DNA of 63,774 bases, filler included, from Thraustochytrium aureum (lineage: Eukaryota): the NCBI GenBank assembly GCA_012862495.1. It is 5 parts of 2 records of this genome, joined end to end, with 100 filler letters (N's around TTAATTAATTAA, not from the genome) between each part and the next. Parts side by side here need not be neighbours in the genome. Positions count along the whole stretch, not along the records: positions 43,767 to 56,567 come from BLSG01000216.1; positions 56,668 to 62,597 come from BLSG01000216.1; 3 more parts are not named here. One strand, written 5' to 3'. Positions 46,138 through 58,236 of the stretch are shown piece by piece (the first letter of the stretch is position 1; each line of letters begins with the position of its first letter). Below the pieces are notes generated by a model. That model was not told the origin of the DNA and did not search any database. It saw only the letters and a program-made list of their open reading frames with translations. A program made the position numbers and the translations under genes.

Positions 46138-46469
46138 GACAGGCTCTGCAGTTGGCGTCGTGTGCCCCGCTTCAGGCTGCCTTTTTAAAGGGAGGCGCGG
46201 CCGGCGGGTTCTCTTTAGGAGCTCTCGCGCCTTGCGGCGCGCGGATAGATTACTCTGGCTTTCGCAAGTTTTGTCTTTGTTTTGTTGCTGCTGTGCTGGT
46301 CGGCAACGACCGCGAGGCAGATCTACACTGCTCGCGCTCGGCCGGCCAGGCTCGGCCCCTTCTTTCGAGCTCTCTCTGAAGCGCCCACCTAGACTAGTCG
46401 CGTGGAGAGAGAAAGCAGGGAGAGAGAGAGCCTAGCCGCTCGAGAGACAGCTCTGGAGCAGCGGTTGGC

Positions 46470-47556
46470 CTAGTTGTTTTTGGCCGGCTCGCTCTTGGCC
46501 TTGGNNNNNNNNNNNNNNNNNNNNNNNNNNNNNNNNNNNNNNNNNNNNNNNNNNNNNNNNNNNNNNNNNNNNNNNNNNNNNNNNNNNNNNNNNNNNNNNN
46601 NNNNNNNNNNNNNNNNNNNNNNNNNNNNNNNNNNNNNNNNNNNNNNNNNNNNNNNNNNNNNNNNNNNNNNNNNNNNNNNNNNNNNNNNNNNNNNNNNNNN
46701 NNNNNNNNNNNNNNNNNNNNNNNNNNNNNNNNNNNNNNNNNNNNNNNNNNNNNNNNNNNNNNNNNNNNNNNNNNNNNNNNNNNNNNNNNNNNNNNNNNNN
46801 NNNNNNNNNNNNNNNNNNNNNNNNNNNNNNNNNNNNNNNNNNNNNNNNNNNNNNNNNNNNNNNNNNNNNNNNNNNNNNNNNNNNNNNNNNNNNNNNNNNN
46901 NNNNNNNNNNNNNNNNNNNNNNNNNNNNNNNNNNNNNNNNNNNNNNNNNNNNNNNNNNNNNNNNNNNNNNNNNNNNNNNNNNNNNNNNNNNNNNNNNNNN
47001 NNNNNNNNNNNNNNNNNNNNNNNNNNNNNNNNNNNNNNNNNNNNNNNNNNNNNNNNNNNNNNNNNNNNNNNNNNNNNNNNNNNNNNNNNNNNNNNNNNNN
47101 NNNNNNNNNNNNNCGAAACGCTTTCTTGCTCTTGCCGCTCTTCTTGCGAGCTTCCTCCAGCGCGGACGGATTGCGCAGCTCGAGCGCATAAATGGGGCGC
47201 CCCTCCACGCTGGTCCCGATCGTGACCAGCTCGCAGCGCTCGCCCAAGGACCCTATCTCTTGCCGCAAGGTGCAGATCCGGTCCTTGAGGAAGGCCTCGA
47301 TTTCCTCAAAGGTCCGAAACCGGCTGAAAAAGTCGGCGTTCTTCGGGTCCGCGCACCCTGCCAGCGGTCGCACCGACCCCGACTTGATGCCCTTCTCCAG
47401 CTGCCGTTCAGGGTACCCGAACGCCCTGGCGAGCTGCACTTCGCTCGAGCTTGCGCGCCTCTTCCCGCTCCCCTTGACCGGGCCCATCGCGCAGCCCGCC
47501 AGAACGACGACCCAGACGAGCACAGCCGCCGCGAGGCGCGCCACGCTCGCGCCCAT
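46470..47556 (-). CDS. Secreted M14 zinc carboxypeptidase; catalytic core lies in gap 46505-47113, 3' end uncertain
   Basis: Signal peptide; FFSRFRTFEEIEAFL..ELVTIGTSVEGRPIYALEL is the M14 N-terminal signature. Confidence 0.78.
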
Positions 47557-48085
47557 GCTCAGCCGCCACAAGCAGCTTCCGGGCCGAGCGGAGAGTTTGT
47601 GGGGGGCGACGACCGGCGCCGAGCACGACCTCCAATCGCACCGAGCCAGTCCAGCAAGCTGGCCCAACCGAGAGAGCGCCGCGTGCTGGCGGATCTGCTG
47701 CGAGCCGTAACGACTCGCCCTCGAGAAACCCCAGCCCACAGGCGGTGCCGAGCGCCGCGGCCTCGGCGTTCGTGGCGGCGCAGGCCTGAGTGAGTGGGAG
47801 TGAGCCCTTTCGCAATCGAAGAGCCGACAGAGTTTGAGCCAGAGCCAGCGAAGAGCTCGGTTTGATCCCCAGGGCGAAAACGCGAAACAGCGCGGCGCGG
47901 CGGCGCGCGGGGCGGAGCGCGCATCGTGCCGGGATGCCTGGTGAGCAGGAGCGAGATGCTAGTTGATATCGAGGTGATACGTTGTATTGGTCTAGATGAA
48001 TGAAATAAAAATATCAGCGCGGCCGCAGCCCAGCGGCCGCCGGCCGGTACGGCAGTCTGCCGACAACCTAACTAGAGCTCGAGGC

Positions 48086-50602
48086 TCACAGCAGGCTGTC
48101 CTCGTTGGCGGCCGTGAGCGCCTCGCGAAACTCAATGAGGGCCGTGTCGACAGAGTTAACCTCCAAGTTGACTTGGGCTTCGGGCACGGCTGACAGAGCC
48201 AGAGCGGCAGCGCGAAGCCTCGCCAGGTCTCTGCTGATGGCTTGCGCTTCTTGTTGCCAGAACTCGACACTCGATCTGTGGCCCTCCAAGATTTTGGCAA
48301 CCTTGCCGTCATCAAGATGAGCCGCGCAGTACTCGTTGCGATATACGTTTCTGCGAGATGAGTAAGCAGACTTGAGTTTGCTCACCGCGACCGACCATTC
48401 CGTCTCCCCCTTTCCGTTCTGAGCGTTGAACTTGTCCACGCGCTTATTGAGATCGTCGAATTGCCTCTGGATTTTAGCCCAGCCTTCCTGCTCCAGCTCA
48501 GCAGGGTTCGCACCGAGAGTACCAGGGTGGGCGAACCTGTCCTCCTCGCCTTTTCTGAGGGACGTGCGCTCGGTGCTCTTGTGCGTCATCACTGGCGTCG
48601 CGGTCGCGCTTGTTGTTGTGGGTTTGGATTCTGCGAAGGTTGCGGGTTTGCCAAGCACCGAAGCAAGCGCTTGGCAAGATATGCTTGCTTGGCACTTGTC
48701 CTGCATGTTGGCACCAACCCAGATTTCGATTTTCCAGCTACCCTGGTGCGTCCTCAGTGCCCAGCCCGGCTCAGCTGCCAGCAATTCTCCCGGCGCCTTT
48801 CTTGACAGCTTGAAGATGGATTTGCGCTCCTGGGGCCGAGTCGGTCGGAGTGGCTCCCTGGCCCTGCAATCGCGTCGATGCCCGGCCAGTCACTGCGTTT
48901 TCCTCGTCTGGTCACGTACATTCTCGGACCAGTTGAGCAGGTAGGTATACCATCACAGTTCGCATGTGATTTCTCACCCGGTTGAAGAGGCGAGGGGAGT
49001 GCCGCAGGAAGCAGGCAGGCTCTTTTGCGCCTCGCACGTCCTCACATGTCGGACGGAGCAAGGGCGCAAAAACGTGACTCGAGAACGGAGCGGCTGGCGA
49101 GCGGGTCGGTTGGCGCTGGTGCTGATTCGAAAAACAGCGCCGTCGGGCCCTCTGGGCTCGCGATCTCTCGCATCATTCCCACTGGCGCAACGCGGCCGGT
49201 GTGCGCAGGCTGCACCAGTGCAGCTGCTTCCAGTTCTCGTGTGGCTTTCTCAAGAAAAATGAAGCACTTGCAGCGTGGAGGCAGAGAGGACCTTCTGAGT
49301 ACCCTCCAGGGGCAAACTTGAAAGCTCAAGCGAAAAAGTTGGCCGGCTGTCCGCACAACTTCAAGTCGCGGTGGCGTGTTGCGGCCAATCAAGCCAACTG
49401 ACCACCGACTGGCGCAGCGGCGAGCTGGACACTTGAGCCCCTTGCTCTGCAGGTGCCAATCTCATCATGATCAATGGACGCGTGCACACCTTGTGCTGAA
49501 GGGCGCCTGCGAAAAAGTGGCGTGCGAACAGAACGCGACTTCAGTAGCCGCCCAGTGACGAGTCGATGCGTTGCTGGCCGCTCTGAACCTTGCTCGTACT
49601 CTCCGATCGGAGAGCGGAGCGCGGTCCTGCGGCGCGCGAGCTGGCATGGCTCGCGAGCTGGTTTGCCGCAAGCGGGGAGAGATTCAGCGGTGAATCAGCA
49701 CTCTGGAGCTAGTCAAGCTGGACACACCAAGCCTGCACGCGTTGCACGCGCTGGCTCGAAACCCCGGTGCCGCCCGCCAACTTGAAATGGAGGCAAGCGA
49801 AACGCTGGTGCCACACGGAGGCAAGCCAAACTTGAAGGAAGTGATGGACCTCCGAGTCCTTGCAAACGAGAACGATCAATCAAAAAATCTATTGCTCACC
49901 GCTCATTCTGAGGTGCGCCAGCACCGCCTCCAGCAAATCCCTGCCGCGCTCGATTACCTCGTCTGAGGCGTCCGCTGCCGCCCCCGCGGCTACGTCTCCG
50001 TTGCGCAGAGTTGCTGCAGCCTCCTCAAACTCGGCAGTCAGCGCGAGCGGAAGCTCAGCCATGGCGGAGATTGCTTTCTCGACGCGCTCCACGAGCCCCT
50101 TGACCTTATTGACCTGGCTCTCGCTCAGATTCTTTGCGGCGAACTCGTTGCCGAAGAGCTTCTCCATGGCCGCAACCTTGCTCTTCTTTTGCTTGTGGAG
50201 CGCCGCGAGCTGCGCTTTGGCCTCCGTCGCGCGAGCCACCAGTTTGTCGACCGTGTCATCGAATACTCTTTGCCTTGTCAGAACGCTAGGGTCCTCCAGA
50301 AACGAGCTCGCAGCGCGCGTCCGGCTGCTGCTCATGCTCATTCGCTGACTCATCCGTTCGGTAACTCGCTTGCTCAGGCGCAGGCTCACCCGTTGGCTCA
50401 CCCGTTGGCTCACCCGTTCGCTGATGCGCTGGGCCAAACTGGCTCGCTTGCCCTTTTCGGCCTCCTTTGGCGCGTCTTTGGCAGCCGACTCGGCTGCCGC
50501 AGGTTTCCGCTCGTCGACAGCGTCGCCCTCCGAGCCTTCCGGCAGCTCGACCTCCGCCACGGTCTCCAGCCGCGTCTCAGTGCCCGTCGCGGCCGCCGCC
50601 TC
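48086..50602 (-). CDS. Large hypothetical protein with coiled-coil segments, fragmented by several indels (one or two genes)
   Basis: Helical ORFs 49889-50602 and 48086-48784 with coding-like fragments between them; SQRV tetrapeptide repeat ~50340-50430. Confidence 0.4.
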
Positions 50603-51246
50603 NNNNNNNNNNNNNNNNNNNNNNNNNNNNNNNNNNNNNNNNNNNNNNNNNNNNNNNNNNNNNNNNNNNNNNNNNNNNNNNNNNNNNNNNNNNNNNNNNN
50701 NNNNNNNNNNNNNNNNNNNNNNNNNNNNNNNNNNNNNNNNNNNNNNNNNNNNNNNNNNNNNNNNNNNNNNNNNNNNNNNNNNNNNNNNNNNNNNNNNNNN
50801 NNNNNNNNNNNNNNNNNNNNNNNNNNNNNNNNNNNNNNNNNNNNNNNNNNNNNNNNNNNNNNNNNNNNNNNNNNNNNNNNNNNNNNNNNNNNNNNNNNNN
50901 NNNNNNNNNNNNNNNNNNNNNNNNNNNNNNNNNNNNNNNNNNNNNNNNNNNNNNNNNNNNNNNNNNNNNNNNNNNNNNNNNNNNNNNNNNNNNNNNNNNN
51001 NNNNNNNNNNNNNNNNNNNNNCACGGGATGAGACCGTCGCCTGGAGGGACAGACTCGGCAGCGCGGTCAAACAGTGTCGTATGTCGTTGGTTTGTCTTGT
51101 TTTACCCGGGCATATCCAGGGAGTCGCACGGTGCACAAGGTGTGTGCCAGTCTGACGATCGGAAGTTCGGAACTCGGATTTCACGGCCCACGCATGGTCA
51201 GTCGCGCGGACGCGTGCTCGTGCGACCGTCAGGTGTTCTGGCGTGG

Positions 51247-52215
51247 TTAGCCGCGAGTTGCGTGGACGGTCTCTTGCTCGCACGAGGAAACGGCGCCTCG
51301 GCGGTGAACAACCGAGCCCAGCGCAACCTCCACCATTTCAGACCCAGAGCAGCCGCCAAAGTAGGCCGCCTCGAACGCTCGCCAGGCCGCCACATCCGAG
51401 GGCTGTCCTGGGCTTCCGAACGCAACAACAGCCGACGTAAAATCAAGCGCTGCGCGCCGTAGTGAACGTGTCGCCCACCTGCAGCGCTGCGAGCAAAGGG
51501 CACCCTGCGAGAGCCGCGCGCGTCTGCTCGTCATCCCACGGCGCCGCACTTGCCTTGCGCTTGAGGAACCAGACGCGGGTCTCCGGTAGCACGGCGCCGC
51601 CAGCAGCGTGCGGGCGGTGCACGGGCCCTTGCAAGCTGACAACGTCCGGCGACGCGTCGCCGAGCAGATCGCACAGCATGCTCAGCGCGGGCGACGCCTT
51701 GAACGACTCGGCCGAGTCCGCGGCCCGCAGGACGACACGCAGCTGCGGCCCGACTTCAGTCTCGCCAAACTGGGCTTCCAACAGCCCGTCCGCAGTCTCT
51801 GCCATGTCTCGCGCCGCAGCATTGGCGGCCGCAGCGACCGCCGGTGAAAGCCTGTCATTGCCACCGCGTCGGAAGGTAAACGTGAGCGAGACCGGGTCCG
51901 GGCGCTCGAACCTGGAGCTCTCGATGTCGAGCGCGACAGCGCCAGCGCTGAACGGCTTGATATACTTGTTCACAAAGGCTACGTGCAGCGGGTCGCCCGC
52001 GTACCGGTCCAGCGAGGCCGGCTCGTCGAGGAGGACGTAGACGCCGGCGTAAACCCTTGCTCGTTGTGCTGCGCCCCGGGGGCGAGCTGCGCCCACTGCG
52101 CCTCGAGGGCGCCTGGTATTTGCAGCAGCCCCTTGATGCCCACGGTCGCTTGCGCGTTCAGCTCCTCCGTGAAGGCCTCGCCCAGCGTAAACAGCACGAG
52201 GTGAGCGACGACCAT
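51247..52215 (-). CDS. Stress-responsive A/B barrel (Dabb) multi-domain protein; indels ~52050 and ~51450
   Basis: MVVAHLVLF..LLQIPG..QGF..GVYV..SLDRYAGDPLHVAFVNKYIKPF...ALD; later degenerate copy VWFLK..GDTFTT..FTSAVVAF. Confidence 0.72.
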
Positions 52216-52815
52216 CGCCGCGACCTCCCTGTCCAGCCGAGCCCGCTGCCCTGTCAAGCCGCCGCTTGCAAGCCCGCCGCCCGGGCGCTACTTGCGCGGC
52301 GAGGCGCCTGCTCAAGACGGGCCGCGCCACGACGGGAGCGGTGGGGCCGGCCGGGCAGGCGGTGGCGGGCGTCCGTCTCGCGTCGAGTCGATTCTGTGAT
52401 CGCTCCTGTCCAGCAACACGCAAAGTCCAAACTGCGCCACGGAGCAAACCCCGAACGTGCCCGCCCGCCCGCCCGCCCGTCCAGCGGCGCCGCAGCGAGC
52501 GCACCGAGCCCCGGGCAGCTGCGTCCCCGAGCAGCCGCGGCCGGCCCTATCTCGCAGGANNNNNNNNNNNNNNNNNNNNNNNNNNNNNNNNNNNNNNNNN
52601 NNNNNNNNNNNNNNNNNNNNNNNNNNNNNNNNNNNNNNNNNNNNNNNNNNNNNNNNNNNNNNNNNNNNNNNNNNNNNNNNNNNNNNNNNNNNNNNNNNNN
52701 NNNNNNNNNNNNNNNNNNNNNNNNNNNNNNNNNNNNNNNNNNNNNNNNNNNNNNNNNNNNNNNNNNNNNNNNNNNNNNNNNNNNNNNNNNNNNNNNNNNN
52801 NNNNNNGCGGGGAAG

Positions 52816-53828
52816 ATGTCGGGGTTTGCGAGCTCCGTGATGCTGGGCGACCTGAACGACTTCATCGCTCCGTCCCAAGCCTGTGTCAACCCGATCTTCG
52901 CAGGGCCCAAGGCCGGCGAAGGCGCTCTCGCAGACAACGAGCCAGCGCACGCCGGGATGCCCAAAATCGGGCTAGCGATCGAGAACGACCTGGGCGGCCC
53001 CATGGCCTTCGAGCCGCTCACTGCAGAGGCGTTCAAAGCGCCGCCTGACTTGATCAAAACCTCGGACAACCAGACCGCCAAAGTTTCGCTCAGCGACTGC
53101 CTCGCGTGCAGCGGCTGCGTCACATCTGCGGAGACTGTGCTCATCGAGCAGCAAAGCATGACCGAGTATCTCAGGGCCGTGGCCTCGGGCGAGTTCGATC
53201 AGGTCGTCGTAACCCTCTCGGGCCAGAGCCGCGCCTCGCTCGCGGTGCACCTTGGACTCGGGGACGCCAGCCGCGCGGACGCAAGTCTGAGAGACGCGCT
53301 CAAAGCGCGTCTGGGCGCCGACGTCGTGCTGGATGCCTCGGCCGCCGGCGACGTCGCGCTGATAGAGTCGGCGCACGAGTTTCTTCACCGCTTTCGTGCC
53401 GCAAGCGCAGCAGTGCAATCGCCAGCGACTGCCTCGTGGGAGAGCCCGCGAACAACGATTGCGGTTAGCGCGACGGAGGAGCAGGTCAACCCCGATGGTG
53501 CGGCAGAGTCTGTCGTGCACGGCGGCGAGGTCGCGCCAGCACAGCGCGTCCCGATGCTTGCCTCTGCATGCCCCGGGTGGATTTGCTTTGCGGAGAAGTC
53601 GCACCCCGAGGCAATCCCGTACATTTCGACCACCAAATCGCCGCAGCAGATCGCAGGCGCGCTCGTCAAGCGGTTCGTCAGCGCTGCGACAGGCGTGCCC
53701 CCGGCTCGCATCTACCACGCAACTGTGATGCCCTGTGCCGACAAGAAGCTCGAGGCGTCCCGCAAGGACTTTTTCGACGCGGAAACGGAAACCAACGACG
53801 TGGACTGCGTCCTGACCACGATAGAGCT
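52816..53828 (+). CDS. NARFL: Cytosolic Fe-S assembly factor NARFL/CIAO3 (Nar1, hydrogenase-like); 3' part in gap
   Basis: LNDFIAPSQACVNP, VSLSDCLACSGCVTSAETVL, PMLASACPGWICFAEK, KSPQQ, VMPCADKKLEASR, VDCVLTT. Confidence 0.96.
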
Positions 53829-54857
53829 NNNNNNNNNNNNNNNNNNNNNNNNNNNNNNNNNNNNNNNNNNNNNNNNNNNNNNNNNNNNNNNNNNNNNNNN
53901 NNNNNNNNNNNNNNNNNNNNNNNNNNNNNNNNNNNNNNNNNNNNNNNNNNNNNNNNNNNNNNNNNNNNNNNNNNNNNNNNNNNNNNNNNNNNNNNNNNNN
54001 NNNNNNNNNNNNNNNNNNNNNNNNNNNNNNNNNNNNNNNNNNNNNNNNNNNNNNNNNNNNNNNNNNNNNNNNNNNNNNNNNNNNNNNNNNNNNNNNNNNN
54101 NNNNNNNNNNNNNNNNNNNNNNNNNNNNNNNNNNNNNNNNNNNNNNNNNNNNNNNNNNNNNNNNNNNNNNNNNNNNNNNNNNNNNNNNNNNNNNNNNNNN
54201 NNNNNNNNNNNNNNNNNNNNNNNNNNNNNNNNNNNNNNNNNNNNNNNNNNNNNNNNNNNNNNNNNNNNNNNNNNNNNNNNNNNNNNNNNNNNNNNNNNNN
54301 NNNNNNNNNNNNNNNNNNNNNNNNNNNNNNNNNNNNNNNNNNNNNNNNNNNNNNNNNNNNNNNNNNNNNNNNNNNNNNNNNNNNNNNNNNNNNNNNNNNN
54401 NNNNNNNNNNNNNNNNNNNNNNNNNNNNNNNNNNNNNNNNNNNNNNNNNNNNNNNNNNNNNNNNNNNNNNNNNNNNNNNNNNNNNNNNNNNNNNNNNNNN
54501 NNNNNNNNNNNNNNNNNNNNNNNNNNNNNNNNNNTCCAATGGAGCCCCAGTGTATCTTGTGGCAGGCGACGAGCGGTCATCAGGACGAGCAGGCGCTGCC
54601 CGGGCAGAGCAGCAGCAGAGCGCACGAGCGGCAGCCGGGACCCGCCGAGGGACAGCAGAGGACGCGAGTGCGAGTGCGGCGGCGGCGGCAGCGGCTGCAG
54701 CGGCGGGCGGCGGCTGCAGCGGCCGCGGACGAGGGCGAGCCACGCAGGCACGTGACACGCTCGCCAACTAACGCTAGAGGTGCCCAGGTGGGCGGGCGAC
54801 TGCTCCGGGTGGGCCCGGTGGGAGCTAGGCGCGGCTCGAGGCGGGACGGCAGCGACG

Positions 54858-56037
54858 ATGGGCAAGGACAGCGAGTACCGAGGCTCGCGCAAGCGCAAAG
54901 TGTGCATGTGCGAGTGGGCCTCGTCCAAAGGCGCTGGGCTGTGCCGGGAGCTGGAGGACAAATTGGGCGCGGAGCACCCCATGTTTGGCTGCTTTTTCAA
55001 GCTGCCAAAGGCCAGCAGCTTCCGAGGCGGCGTGCCGCTACGAAAGCGCTGGCTGAAGCACATGCAAGTACCCGAGTCGAAAGCCGGCCTGAAAAAGGAG
55101 CACGTGATCCGCTGGACCCACTTCCCGGACAGGTGCTGGGCCTTTTCCGCTGCCGAGCTCGAAGAGCGCGAGGAGATGCGCCAGAAAAAGCGCCCTGGCT
55201 CCTGCAGCGTGCGCAAAACCCTCAAGACGTACGTGGAGCGCGCCGACGGCGACGACCCTGCCGACCTGGTCCAGCTCGGAGACGCCAACCTGGCCCTACC
55301 CGTGCCCTCCCGCAAGCCCGAGGAGCTGCGCGAGCTACTCGAGCGTCCGGTGCGGTCGGAAGATTGGCAGGACGTTCTGCCCTCTGCGCCAAAGGCGGGC
55401 TCTACCAGTGGCGCCCTCTGTACCCCGCGTCCGCAGTCCGGCACCGACCGCAAGCGCAAGCGGGAGTCTCCTGTTGCCCCGACGTCAGCAAAGCCTTGTC
55501 GTGCTGCGGGGCACACCGTGGAAGCACAACAGCAAGCATCCACGCAACTTGAGGGCCACGCCGGGGCGCGCCGCCGCCGTCCCACGCCACCCATGAGGTG
55601 GCGTGCCGGCGCTCTGCGCGGAGCTGCCCACGAGCCCATTCCGCAGTGGAACGCGGTCCTCTGCCCGGAACGAGGCAAAGAGAGCCAAATCCGCCAAAGG
55701 CCACCTGCACGACGCCTCTCTCGAGCACGTCCTTGCCAAGAGCGAGCGGCATTCGCTGCGGGAGATAACCAACGAGTGCCGTCGCGGAGGCGCAACGGGC
55801 ACGGCACCAGTCGACTCGCTCCTCTTGCTTGCCTCGCAGGCCGAGAACGAGCTGGCCCGCCCCAGCGACGAGGAAAATGCCACTGCCAATAGTGAGGTCG
55901 AGCCCGCCGCCTCGTGGAGGAAGGCGGCCTTGCGCGGGCCCGCCGACCTCGGCAAACAGCACCCCGGTGACCGCCGCGTGGAAGTGGCGCGCGCGACAGC
56001 GCCAGAACTCCTCCACCGCTCGGCTTTGACAGCTTGA
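54858..56037 (+). CDS. Hypothetical nuclear protein with a THAP-like N-terminal domain and disordered tail; indel ~55600
   Basis: VCMC..LC...FFKLPK...RKRWL...VIRWTHFPDRC...ALPVP; NLS-like RKRK and RKRKR; SLLLLA motif. Confidence 0.5.
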
Positions 56038-56248
56038 TCAGCAAATGGGCAATCAGGTGCGTCAGCGCCCGTGTCGCAAACGCACAACTTGTTCTGATGG
56101 TCTCCGAGCCTCTCGCGCTTCTCTTCGACGCCGCTTCGTTCCCGCTATGGCAAAAAACAATCAGAAGCTCTTCTTTCTTCATTCTTCGCCGCTTGAGGGA
56201 GCGATCTGGTCATGCTGCAAGCAAAAGCCTGGCAACTATGCAGCTTGC

Positions 56249-56333
56249 GGCCAGGCAGCGAGCTTGCAGCCAGGCAGCGAGCTGGCCCAAGAGGCAGCGA
56301 GCTTGAGGCCAGGCAGCGAGCTGGCCAGAGGCA
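56249..56333. repeat. Four copies of AGGCAGCGAGCT in a degenerate tandem array
   Basis: ggccaggcagcgagcttgcagccaggcagcgagctggcccaagaggcagcgagcttgaggccaggcagcgagctggcc. Confidence 0.85.
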
Positions 56334-56567
56334 TCGTTCAGACAATGCCGATGATCCGCACGACCTCAGTCCGCTTGCGGAGTTTAGGGTTCAAGTCACC
56401 AGAGGGTCCCTGTGACGTGATTTCTCCCACTCGTCTCGTCGCACGTCTCCGCCCGTGACGAGCCTCGGGGGTTGGGTTAGGGTGTGGATTGGTGGGTGAG
56501 AGTGAAGCAGAAGGCCAACGAAGAACGTCGCTGCGCGGGAAGGAAGCTCGCACGCACGCACGCACGC

Positions 56568-56667
56568 NNNNNNNNNNNNNNNNNNNNNNNNNNNNNNNNN
56601 NNNNNNNNNNNTTAATTAATTAANNNNNNNNNNNNNNNNNNNNNNNNNNNNNNNNNNNNNNNNNNNN
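56568..56667. other. Artificial scaffold-joining spacer
   Basis: N44-TTAATTAATTAA-N44. Confidence 0.97.
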
Positions 56668-56787
56668 GTCCGCTCGCCCGTCGTCCTTGTTCGCTGGGGC
56701 TCTGCCACGCAATCCTGCACGAAAGAGATGCCTCGACAGGTAACCAGCAGCCAAGGTGAGCAGGTTTTTTTTACAGTTGCAGGCGGG

Positions 56788-57040
56788 CCCTCACATCCAC
56801 ACTCGCGCGGCCCTCACAACCGCCTGCGCGAAACCCGCCAAACCGCGCGTCCGAATCTTCGCTCCCTCACAGCCCAGGCCCCTCCCTGCAGGCCGCCGGC
56901 CCCCCCCTGGCCCCGTCCCGCCCTCACAAACGAAGGCTGCGCGCGCAGTGGGAAGCGCGGGCCGATGGGAGGGAGACCGCAAGATTTGCCGGCGCTTCTG
57001 CGGCTGTGAGGGGCCGCGCGCCTGCCCCTCACAACCGCAG
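56788..57040. promoter_or_regulatory. Cluster of six CCCTCACA motifs upstream of the Prx5-Grx gene, two of them forming a 16-bp inverted repeat
   Basis: CCCTCACA at 56788, 56811, 56864, 56921 and 57026, reverse copy TGTGAGGG at 57005; arms 56998-57013 and 57025-57040 differ by one mismatch. Confidence 0.6.
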
Positions 57041-57378
57041 CGCTGCTGCGTGTCATTGCGCGTCAGTGTATTCCAAACCAAAGCAAACTGTTTGTTGACG
57101 TGCCAGTGGGAGGACTGACAAAACGATGAGTGAACAGAGAACGGATCCTCCTTGATCTGGAAGAGAGCGATTCTTTGTTCTAGGTGGTGCTGGATGCGGT
57201 CAGGATCTTCTTCGCACGAACGCAAGGGGAGACGGGTGGATGGATCATCGGTGGCGCGGCAGAAGCTGAATCGAGAGCGGCCAGGACCTGACGGTGGGCA
57301 GCAGACGCAGCGGGAGATCGAGGAGCGCGTGAGCAGGACAGCAAGGGATACGATATGCTTCGAGCGAGCCGCGTTGCA

Positions 57379-58236
57379 ATGAGTGCCGCGAAGCGCGCCA
57401 GGACGATGAGCACCATGCCGACCAAGAACATGGAGGGCCAGCCCGTGCCCGACGTGCTGCTCAAGGCCCGCGCGAACGGCGGCTGGAAGGACATTCGCAC
57501 TGGCGACTACTTCAAGGACGGCAAGGTCGTCGTGTTTTCGCTGCCTGGCGCCTTCACGCCGACCTGCTCGAGCACGCACCTGCCGCGCTACGAGCAGCTG
57601 GCGGCCGTCCTCAAGGAGCAGGCCGGCGTCAGCAAGATCGCTTGCGTGAGCGTGAACGATGGCTTCGTAATGGGTAAGTCTGTGAAGGCGTGACGGAAAG
57701 GGCTTTGCCGGCACGGGCCGACGAGCGGTGCGGGGACTGACCCAAGTCTTGGCGGCATGTGCGCAGAGTCGTGGGGGGAGGACCAAGGCGCCAAGAACGT
57801 CGAGCTCCTGCCCGACGGGAACGGCGAGTTCACCGAGGCCATGGGCATGCTGTGCGACAAGAGCGCCATCGGCTTTGGCAAGCGCTCGTGGCGCTACTCT
57901 ATGCTCGTCGAAAACGGCAAGGTTGTCAAGGTCTTCTCGGAGCCGAACGAGGAGGGCGACCCGTTCAAGGTTAGCGACGCCGACACGATGCTCAAGTTCC
58001 TGGCGCCGGATGCCCAGGTGCCGCCCAGCACGCTCGTTTTCAGCAAGCCCGGGTGCCCCTTCTGCGCCAAGGCCAAGGATCTGCTCAAGGCCAAGGGCAT
58101 CCCCTTTGAGGAGGTGACCATCGGCAAGGACGTCTCGATGGCGGCGCTGCTCGCCGTGGCCCCCAAGCCCACCACTCCGCAGATCTTCATGAACGGCAAG
58201 CTGATCGGCGGCTCGGACGACCTGGAGAAGCACCTT
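57379..58236 (+). CDS. Peroxiredoxin-5/glutaredoxin hybrid (PGdx-type glutathione peroxidase), two exons; stop probably just inside the gap
   Basis: Prx5 motifs LPGAFTPTCSSTHLP, SVNDGFVM, PDGNGEFT, GFGKRSWRYSMLV and DPFKVSDADTML; Grx motifs SKPGCPFC and TTPQIFMNGKLIGGSDDL. Confidence 0.95.
57674..57766 (+). other. Spliceosomal intron (93 nt)
   Basis: GTAAGT donor, ACTGAC branch-like site ~57736, CAG acceptor; removal gives GFVMESWGEDQ. Confidence 0.9.

Noticed and set aside
5141..53828. An extended iron cluster of FTR1, FEA1 and NARFL (plus Prx-Grx)
   Set aside because: NARFL and Prx-Grx lie on different scaffolds separated by artificial linkers; co-occurrence in the window is not linkage
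56469..56482. GGGTTGGGTTAGGG near a scaffold end as a telomere
   Set aside because: One perfect TTAGGG unit only; the scaffold ends in a (GCAC)n microsatellite instead
2801..56567. Tetranucleotide microsatellites (GGCA ~2801-2845, TCGA ~13173, GCCT ~24744, CTCG ~32365, GGCT ~44328, GCAC ~56550)
   Set aside because: Ordinary simple repeats in intergenic or intronic DNA with no further structure
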